DNA of 64,000 nucleotides from Coxiellaceae bacterium (GTDB lineage Bacteria; Pseudomonadota; Gammaproteobacteria; Coxiellales; Coxiellaceae): NCBI GenBank assembly GCA_029212925.1, contig JARGOB010000005.1, positions 95,663 to 159,662 of the forward strand, read 5' to 3'. Shown piece by piece: positions 47,381 to 54,595 of this stretch (position 1 is its first letter; each line of letters starts with the position of its first letter). The notes under the pieces were generated by a model. It saw only the letters and a program-made list of their open reading frames with translations, ran no database searches and was not told where the DNA came from. The position numbers and the translations under genes were made by a program.

Positions 47381-47871
47381 AAGAAGAACAAACCAGTAGC
47401 GTACTAAATGTTTTAATGTATTTGTTCCATAACCATATGGGCGAAGACTGCCAAATTGAAGGCGCCGAACAACCTGAAATTACCCTGCAACTCGAAGATG
47501 TCGGCTTTGATCGTATCAGCATTCAACAAGCATTTGATTGGCTGGACAACCTCAATCAATCACGCGCCAGCCTCGATGATATGCCTGAATATGAAGAAAA
47601 ATCGGTACGTGTATTTAATCAATACGAACATGAAGTATTTAACCTCGAATGCCGCAGCTACTTATTAATGCTGCAACAACTAAAAATCCTCAGCCCCAAG
47701 TTACGCGAACTGGTGATCGACTTAATCATTCCTTTAGAACAAGAAGGCGTCGATATCAGCTTAATTAAATGGGTCACTTTGATGGTACTCTACAATGATT
47801 CCGCTCGCCAAGATGCGCTAGCCAATATGGAGTTATTAGTACTCAACGATACGGTAGGTGGAATTAATTAA
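47377..47871 (+). CDS. smg: Smg protein (DUF494)
   Basis: VLNVLMYLFHNHM... and LIKWVTLMVLYN resemble E. coli Smg. Located between dprA and topA. Confidence 0.8.
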   Translation: MKEEQTSSVLNVLMYLFHNHMGEDCQIEGAEQPEITLQLEDVGFDRISIQQAFDWLDNLNQSRASLDDMPEYEEKSVRVFNQYEHEVFNLECRSYLLMLQQLKILSPKLRELVIDLIIPLEQEGVDISLIKWVTLMVLYNDSARQDALANMELLVLNDTVGGIN

Positions 47872-50177
47872 TGTCTGATTCAAAAAGCAGTTTGGTGATT
47901 GTGGAATCACCCGCCAAAGCAAAAACCATTAAAAAATATCTCGGCAAAGGATTTCAAGTGCTTGCCTCTTATGGCCATGTACGTGATTTGATCCCTAAAG
48001 AAGGCGCCGTTGATCCTGCACATGAATTTGCCATGAAATACCAAGCGATTGAACGCAACCAAAAACACATGGACGCGATTAATAAAGCGGTAAAAAAAGT
48101 CGACAGCCTACTGCTCGCCACTGATCCGGATCGCGAAGGTGAGGCCATTGCTTGGCATGTCAAAGAAATGCTGGAAGATCGTGGCTCGCTTAAAAACAAA
48201 GAAGTAAAGCGCGTCGTTTTCCATCAAATTACAAAGAATGCCATTCGCGCTGCTGTTGATGAGCCGCGCGACATTTCAATGGATATGGTACACGCGCAAC
48301 AAGCGCGTCGTGCACTCGACTACTTAGTGGGCTTTAACCTATCGCCTTTATTATGGAAAAAAGTGCGCGCAGGCTTATCAGCCGGACGCGTACAAAGCCC
48401 CGCACTGCGCATGATTGTTGAGCGCGAAATCGAAATTGAAAATTTCGAATCACAAGAATATTGGACCGTGCATGCTGAAAATGAAATCGAGAAACAAAAA
48501 TTCTCGGCCAAGCTCATTCAGCTCGACGGTGAAAAAGTAGAGCAATTTACTTTAACCAATGAAGCGATAAGTCAAGAAGCCATAGAGCGTATTAAACAAG
48601 CCAGTAATGGCCAGCTTGAAGTCACCAAGGTTAACAAAAAGCAACGCAAAAGAAACCCAACGGCACCGTTTATTACATCCACCTTGCAACAGGAAGCTGC
48701 GCGTAAATTAGGGTTTTCGACATCACGCACCATGCAAGTGGCACAGCAACTGTATGAAGGTATCGATACAGGTGACGGCGCAACCGGTTTGATCACTTAT
48801 ATGCGTACTGACTCGGTGACTTTAGCCAAAGAGGCGATCGACGAAATTCGCGATGTCATTGCGCAGCGCTATGGCAAAGATAAGCTACCAGATGAGCCAC
48901 GTGTTTATAAAACTAAATCGAAAAACGCACAAGAAGCGCATGAGGCGATACGTCCTACCACGGCACATACCATCCCCGATGAAATTAAAAAACACCTAAC
49001 TGACGAACAATACAAATTATATAATTTGATTTGGAAACGTACGATTGCTTGCCAAATGGCGTCTGCCACTTTAGACACCGTTGCTGTAGATTTAACCGCG
49101 GGCAATCATGTATTCCGCGCTAACGGATCAGTGATTGTTGATCCAGGCTTTATGGCCGTCTATAAAGAAGACGTTGATGATAAAAAAGCCGCCGATGACT
49201 CGCAAACAAAAATACTGCCGCCGATGAACGAGGGCGACAAAGTCAAAGTTAATGACATCCACGGCGACCAACACTTTACTGAACCACCACCGCGTTACAC
49301 TGAAGCGAGCTTGGTGAAAGCATTAGAAGAACATGACATTGGTCGTCCATCCACTTACGCCAATATTATTGCGACACTCAAACATCGCAAATATGTTGAT
49401 ATGGATAATAAGCGCTTTAAAGCCACCGATGTCGGTCGCGTGGTCAGCCGTTTCCTTACCAACTATTTCAATGAAATCGTTGATTACGACTTTACAGCGA
49501 ACCTCGAAAACCAACTCGATGAGATCGCTCGCGGTGAAGCGGGCTGGGTGCCGATTCTAACTCACTTCTGGCAGCCGTTTAAAGACCAAGTCGATGACAC
49601 CGATAAAAATGTGCAGCGCAGCGATGTAACCCAAGAAAAAATGGATGAAGCCTGCCCCACCTGCGGCAAACCGTTATCGATTCGCTTAGGTCGTCGTGGT
49701 CGCTTTATTGGATGCACCGCTTATCCTGATTGCGATTATACACGTAACCTGAATGATGATGGCGATGACACCACCACTGAAGTAGTTGAAGGTCGCGAAT
49801 GCCCTGAATGCAAAAATGACTTAGTGGTAAAACACGGTAAGTACGGCAAGTTTATCGGGTGCAGCAATTACCCGAATTGCAAACACATGGAGCCATTAGA
49901 AAAACCAACCGACACCGGTGTTCAATGCCCGAAATGCAAAGAAGGCACCATCTTTAAACGCAAATCACGTCGCGGTAAAATTTTCTATTCCTGTGGTCGT
50001 TACCCCGATTGCGAATATGCCATCTGGTATCAACCGGTTGATGAGCCGTGCCCAACTTGCGAGTGGCCGATCTTGTCAATCAAGGTGACCAAACGTAAAG
50101 GCGCTGAGAAAGTCTGTCCGCAACAAAGCTGTAATTTCTCAGAACCGTACGAAGGCGAGCTCGAGAGCGATGACTGA
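47871..50177 (+). CDS. topA: DNA topoisomerase I
   Basis: 768 aa. Toprim LVIVESPAKAKTIKKYLG, DPDREGEAIAWH, active-site region TYMRTDS, and C-terminal Cys4 zinc ribbons. Confidence 0.95.
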   Translation: MSDSKSSLVIVESPAKAKTIKKYLGKGFQVLASYGHVRDLIPKEGAVDPAHEFAMKYQAIERNQKHMDAINKAVKKVDSLLLATDPDREGEAIAWHVKEMLEDRGSLKNKEVKRVVFHQITKNAIRAAVDEPRDISMDMVHAQQARRALDYLVGFNLSPLLWKKVRAGLSAGRVQSPALRMIVEREIEIENFESQEYWTVHAENEIEKQKFSAKLIQLDGEKVEQFTLTNEAISQEAIERIKQASNGQLEVTKVNKKQRKRNPTAPFITSTLQQEAARKLGFSTSRTMQVAQQLYEGIDTGDGATGLITYMRTDSVTLAKEAIDEIRDVIAQRYGKDKLPDEPRVYKTKSKNAQEAHEAIRPTTAHTIPDEIKKHLTDEQYKLYNLIWKRTIACQMASATLDTVAVDLTAGNHVFRANGSVIVDPGFMAVYKEDVDDKKAADDSQTKILPPMNEGDKVKVNDIHGDQHFTEPPPRYTEASLVKALEEHDIGRPSTYANIIATLKHRKYVDMDNKRFKATDVGRVVSRFLTNYFNEIVDYDFTANLENQLDEIARGEAGWVPILTHFWQPFKDQVDDTDKNVQRSDVTQEKMDEACPTCGKPLSIRLGRRGRFIGCTAYPDCDYTRNLNDDGDDTTTEVVEGRECPECKNDLVVKHGKYGKFIGCSNYPNCKHMEPLEKPTDTGVQCPKCKEGTIFKRKSRRGKIFYSCGRYPDCEYAIWYQPVDEPCPTCEWPILSIKVTKRKGAEKVCPQQSCNFSEPYEGELESDD

Positions 50178-50730
50178 TCAGCATGATCAGTCCATCACTG
50201 CGGCGGTTGATTGTTTGCGCCGTGGTGAATTAATTGGCTATCCTACAGAAGCGGTTTACGGCCTGGGTTGTGATCCTTGGAACCAAGCAGCCGTGCAAAC
50301 ACTCTGCGAACTTAAGCAACGCGACATCAGCAAGGGTTTAATCTTAGTCGCTGCCGACTGGCAACAAGTAAAACCTTTAATACAAGCACTCGATCATGAT
50401 ATCGAACAACGCGTGCAACAAACGTGGCCTGGCCATATCACCTGGCTGCTACCGGCCAATGTCAACGTACCCATCTGGATTCGTGGTCAACATGAGAGTG
50501 TAGCCATTCGTGTGAGCAACCACCCTGTTGCCCATGCGCTCAGCCATGCCTTTGGCAAACCGATAGTCTCCACCAGCGCCAACCTCAATCAACAAGCAGA
50601 ACTGAAAACAGCAGAGCAAGTACAACAACAATTTGGCGCGCAATTAGCTTATGTGATTGATGCACCACTCGGCGATAAAACTCAACCCAGCCAAATTCGC
50701 GATGCACTCAGCAACACCGTCATCCGCTAA
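50170..50730 (+). CDS. tsaC: Threonylcarbamoyl-AMP synthase (YrdC/TsaC)
   Basis: 186 aa. GYPTEAVYGLGCDP, KGLILV and VSTSANL motifs. Overlaps the topA stop by 8 nt. Confidence 0.85.
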   Translation: MTDQHDQSITAAVDCLRRGELIGYPTEAVYGLGCDPWNQAAVQTLCELKQRDISKGLILVAADWQQVKPLIQALDHDIEQRVQQTWPGHITWLLPANVNVPIWIRGQHESVAIRVSNHPVAHALSHAFGKPIVSTSANLNQQAELKTAEQVQQQFGAQLAYVIDAPLGDKTQPSQIRDALSNTVIR

Positions 50731-50738
50731 CAGCTTTA

Positions 50739-51497
50739 CTATCTCCCGGCTCTCAGCTCGGGAGCTGAGCTAACAGATTGCGTTGCCGCCTCCTCTTCCA
50801 CTGCAGTTTTTACCACATGAGATCTTGGTGCACCGGCCACAACCGACGACGCAACCAAATCACTGGCTAAAGATGACTTTTGCATCGCAGGTGTAAATGA
50901 ATCCATCGCTAACGCACTAACAGCCAAATTTTGGCACAGATCGGCAATCACTCCAACATCATCGACAGCTGTACCAGCATCTTTTAAAAGTAGCGGCAAC
51001 TCAGCATTTAGAAATACTTGCAAATAGCCCGCCACCTGAGTGCAGCTATCGACCACCACTTGCCAGGCCGCGTGCTTGTCATCTAATGTTCCAGCACTTC
51101 GTGCAATACGACGGAAGCTAGCGCCTAACTGCGTCGATATCGTGGTTACATCAGCCCTACAGCTCACTGACAGCAACTTCTGTTTAAATAAATCAGTGAC
51201 TGATTGACGGATTTCCATCACCACCTCACCGAGTAATTTTTCATTTTTCGCTATTTCTGCAGACGCACGCTGCTCAGCATCCTCGCGCTCACTATCAGAT
51301 CCGGACGATGCACTAGAGCCCGAACTTTCCGACAAGCCATCATTGACTTTTCGTACTTCCATCTGCAACAACGCTTCATATACTCCAACGACATACTCAG
51401 CACAATCTTCAGTAGTTTTATACTGGCCCGCTAATTTAGCTTCCACTTCTTGTACCTTAGGAGCCTCTCTGCTGGCATGGCGATGATGTCTACTCAT
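50739..51497 (-). CDS. Orphan protein with a Ser/acidic low-complexity segment
   Basis: 252 aa. SESSGSSASSGSDSEREDAEQ. Otherwise helical, with no recognisable motif. Confidence 0.5.
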   Translation of the reverse strand: MSRHHRHASREAPKVQEVEAKLAGQYKTTEDCAEYVVGVYEALLQMEVRKVNDGLSESSGSSASSGSDSEREDAEQRASAEIAKNEKLLGEVVMEIRQSVTDLFKQKLLSVSCRADVTTISTQLGASFRRIARSAGTLDDKHAAWQVVVDSCTQVAGYLQVFLNAELPLLLKDAGTAVDDVGVIADLCQNLAVSALAMDSFTPAMQKSSLASDLVASSVVAGAPRSHVVKTAVEEEAATQSVSSAPELRAGR

Positions 51498-51603
51498 AAT
51501 GATCTCATTGTGTTTATATCAAGGCCACGCAGTGTAACAAAACAACCAATAGGCGACAAATAATTGTGCTTTCGCTGAAATAGCTCAGGGTCCACACTGC
51601 ACT

Positions 51604-51791
51604 GCGTTATCAAGGTGGATAGGGTGTCCGTTTTCATGAAGTAAAATGGCTACGCTGTTCGCCTTGATAACATGCCTAGTGCATCGTAAGGCTTCCAGGG
51701 ATACCTTTCTCCCGAACGGATGTCCCTATCCTCGTGTTCCCTTACTTCCATGTATCACACGCCGCTCGAAAGGTACCCCTGCCAGCCTTAC
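51604..51791. other. Densely self-complementary intergenic segment (candidate structured RNA or leader, or MITE relic)
   Basis: Three long complementary pairs were found. GTTATCAAGG (51606-15) pairs with CCTTGATAAC (51662-71). GGATAGGG..CCGTT (51617-32) pairs with AACGG..CCCTATCC (51715-31). A 24-nt helix with 21 pairs joins 51686-51709 and 51768-51791. The pairs cross each other. Confidence 0.4.
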
Positions 51792-51824
51792 TAACTATGG
51801 CAGTTATTCAATAAGTCATGTGAC

Positions 51825-53492
51825 TTATGACAATCGTTTAGCCGAATTCGCTATCCACTTACCATTACTATAAAGCTCATTAACAATCACTGGTGTAGTC
51901 ACCAATGTTTTCACAATGCTCATTTCATCCGAAGTGGAAGGCGTTGCAAATGTAGCCCGCTGCGACTGGCATGCTTGCTGCGCATTGTATTTAATGGCAG
52001 TAACATCTTCATCCGAGGCCACATTATTCCATGGCACCAATAACCACTGCGGTGACGCATCTGCACGGTAACACAATGCTCGCGTAATACTGGACAATGG
52101 CGTTTGATTATTCATACGCTCAGTAATCGGATCAATCGCTGCATAAGGTTTTGCATTGATCACACTCATCGCAATAGGGTTGCCTTGCTGCCAACTCCAT
52201 ACTTGTGCTGCAATACGCGCATCATTTTCTTTTAATTTATCAACCGAAAACATGTTTAAACGACAAGCGCGTGTAGAATATATACCATCAACTGTTACGT
52301 AGTCTGATCTTTTTGCCACACTGGAGGCCCATGCACGGTCACCGTTTAATCGCCACAAAGTGGTATGCCCAGCGTCTTGAAATGTTCGTTGCGCCGCTTG
52401 CGCGCAAGGTACTTTTTGATTTTGCACTAAATCGACAAAATCATCGACACCATGATCATTTAATAAATGCATAAAAACATCAGGACTGTTTTCAAAATCT
52501 TTATGCGCACTAACGACCACTTGCTTGCCTTGTCGCAGCAACTGTTTTATGGATACGGTATCAGCCGGCATCGGATGATTATACTGGCTGCCTTCAGGAC
52601 CTAAAGGCAATTTATAAGCATCCGCTTCAGTATAAAGTCGGCCACCAAAATTAAGCTGCAATAATTTATCAACGTCTATCATTTTATCAGCATTGATTGG
52701 ATGATTGACGTCTAAATATAAAAACACAAATTGATCAGGATGCGCTTTCATCCAGACATCAATTTCATGCAGCACATTATTAAGTTCGGTATTGTTGTAA
52801 CAAAGCAACTCAGGATTATTGTCAGTATGGAAGTGACATATACGTAATGCATTATCTGCCCAGACGATATCCAATTCGATTGAACGCACACCTTCATTCA
52901 GTTGCTGCGTAATAGATAAAGTATGATTTAATGCAACGGCGCGATCAATGGCGTTTTTAATATAGTGCTTAGACACAGCAGAATTATGCGTACCCACCAC
53001 TTGATGTTTTGTCATCGGCTCGGCATAACTCATAGCACGCTGTAAAGTAAGCGCCTTGCTTACCCAAGCACTGTCCGGATTAAAGATCACGCAGTTATGC
53101 GGACCATTGCAATCGTGTGTTGCATCTTCTGTCAGTAAGTTAGCTTGCTTACATTGATCTGGGCCGCTACGATATTCTAATTTTGTTAGAGAATGTTTAT
53201 TTGCCACACCTTGATAACGATAAACACAAGTTATTTTATTTTGTTTAATAGTGATATCACCATTACTTTGCCACCAATCACCATCGCTAAGGCCAACTGA
53301 GCTTCCATCTGTATTTGCGGCAATAACACCATCGCCTGGATGCGCTCCTGAACCTTTCGTCGGCGAATACTGGAAAGTAATTGGCTGGTCGGTATTATTT
53401 ATGATGCGCATGTATTCAGTCCACGCCAAAGCTGAATTGCTCAGCCACAAACCTGTAACAATAGCCACACCGCTTAACAAAAACTTATTCAT
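51825..53492 (-). CDS. Secreted PI-PLC X-domain-like phosphodiesterase
   Basis: ATG 53492 follows SD GAGGTG. Signal peptide MNKFLLSGVAIVTGLWLSNSALA. GTHNS, QQLNEGVRSIELDIVW and RICHFH line up with the His / Glu-x-Asp / His catalytic pattern of PI-PLC X domains. Has an N-terminal beta-rich domain of about 160 aa. Confidence 0.6.
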   Translation of the reverse strand: MNKFLLSGVAIVTGLWLSNSALAWTEYMRIINNTDQPITFQYSPTKGSGAHPGDGVIAANTDGSSVGLSDGDWWQSNGDITIKQNKITCVYRYQGVANKHSLTKLEYRSGPDQCKQANLLTEDATHDCNGPHNCVIFNPDSAWVSKALTLQRAMSYAEPMTKHQVVGTHNSAVSKHYIKNAIDRAVALNHTLSITQQLNEGVRSIELDIVWADNALRICHFHTDNNPELLCYNNTELNNVLHEIDVWMKAHPDQFVFLYLDVNHPINADKMIDVDKLLQLNFGGRLYTEADAYKLPLGPEGSQYNHPMPADTVSIKQLLRQGKQVVVSAHKDFENSPDVFMHLLNDHGVDDFVDLVQNQKVPCAQAAQRTFQDAGHTTLWRLNGDRAWASSVAKRSDYVTVDGIYSTRACRLNMFSVDKLKENDARIAAQVWSWQQGNPIAMSVINAKPYAAIDPITERMNNQTPLSSITRALCYRADASPQWLLVPWNNVASDEDVTAIKYNAQQACQSQRATFATPSTSDEMSIVKTLVTTPVIVNELYSNGKWIANSAKRLS

Positions 53493-53679
53493 ACACACCT
53501 CATAAACACACTCTGTATATCACAGGAAGCTATTATATCCTGTTTATCGCTATTTAAAAAAATATAAATTTTATTATTTGCGCATTGTGTAATTTATTAT
53601 TTGAATAGTTCCATAATGCTCGGTATATTAGAGGCTTCTGTTAAGGGGGTGACAGAAAAGCTACGCACAAGGCTCGACT

Positions 53680-54552
53680 ATGACTATAGAACGCTTAAAA
53701 CAAGTGCTGCTAATTCTTAACGATGGACGTTTTCATTCCGGAGCTCAACTCGGCAACGCGCTAAATATTACTCGAAGTGCTATATGGAAAATGACAAAGC
53801 AGTTAGAGAAATATCACATACGCCTGGAATCAGTTGTTGGCCGAGGCTATCGACTCAAACATCCCATCAGTTTTTTAGCAACAGACAATATCCGCTCACA
53901 ACTATCGCCACAAGCAACACAAACCATTAAAAAAATAGATCTATTCGACAAAATAGAGTCCACCGGCGAATACTTATCCAGTCGAATTTATGAAACGTCA
54001 AAGCTGCCGCGTATATGCTTATGCGAACACTTACACAGTAGCAAAAGAAGGCAGCCGAGCAATAAACCAATTGCCCCAATAGCTCAAGATATTAATTTGT
54101 CACTGCTATGGCCATTCACAACTAGCACTGAATTAAAAGGGCTAAACGTTGTAATAGGTGTCGCCATTATTCACGTATTGGACCAGCTAGGCATTCGTAA
54201 GCAACTGGATTTGCAGTGGCCCAACCAATTAAATCATCATGATAAACCCTTAGCTCATTTTGACGCTGAAACGCGCCAGTTATCACATCAAAATAAATAC
54301 GCCGTTATTAGCTTAAAACTGCATGTTAATAATGCACAAACAAGTAACGATGATACAGCCAGCTCATTACAGATGATTAAGCATAAATCATTGGATCGTA
54401 ACCAAATCGCTGCCAAAATAATTAATCAGCTGTGTTACTGCCTAGCGATTTTTCAAAAAAGCGGCGTGGGTTTATTTATTGATGAGTGGAACCAACATGA
54501 TCACTCGGCTACTCAATCAGTCGAGCACTTGCTGGCACACCAACGGTCGTAG
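53680..54552 (+). CDS. BirA-like protein with intact HTH but degenerate biotin-ligase motifs
   Basis: The N-terminus LLILNDGRFHSGAQLGNALNITRSAIWKMTKQL..GRGYRL matches the BirA HTH. It is colinear with E. coli BirA, but GRGRRGRKW is replaced by SSKRRQPSNKP and KWPND by QWPNQ. The C-terminal SH3-like domain is missing (290 aa). Confidence 0.6.
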   Translation: MTIERLKQVLLILNDGRFHSGAQLGNALNITRSAIWKMTKQLEKYHIRLESVVGRGYRLKHPISFLATDNIRSQLSPQATQTIKKIDLFDKIESTGEYLSSRIYETSKLPRICLCEHLHSSKRRQPSNKPIAPIAQDINLSLLWPFTTSTELKGLNVVIGVAIIHVLDQLGIRKQLDLQWPNQLNHHDKPLAHFDAETRQLSHQNKYAVISLKLHVNNAQTSNDDTASSLQMIKHKSLDRNQIAAKIINQLCYCLAIFQKSGVGLFIDEWNQHDHSATQSVEHLLAHQRS

Positions 54553-54595
54553 AGCCTGCTATAATTAGCCCTAGTCTCACCCTAGGATTAAAGCA

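Noticed and set aside
51604-51791. Known housekeeping RNAs (RNase P RNA, tmRNA, SRP/4.5S, 6S) or TPP/cobalamin riboswitch
   Set aside because: On neither strand could I find their signatures: GAGGAAAGUCC, the tmRNA tRNA-like ends and tag ORF, the SRP GGAA/AGCA domain IV motif, CUGAGA...ACCUGA, or the B12 box. The class remains unknown.
51646-51873. 75-aa + strand ORF in the structured intergenic region
   Set aside because: It has no SD, its 3' end overlaps the PI-PLC-like gene on the other strand, and it has no motif. The region is better explained by its extensive self-complementarity.
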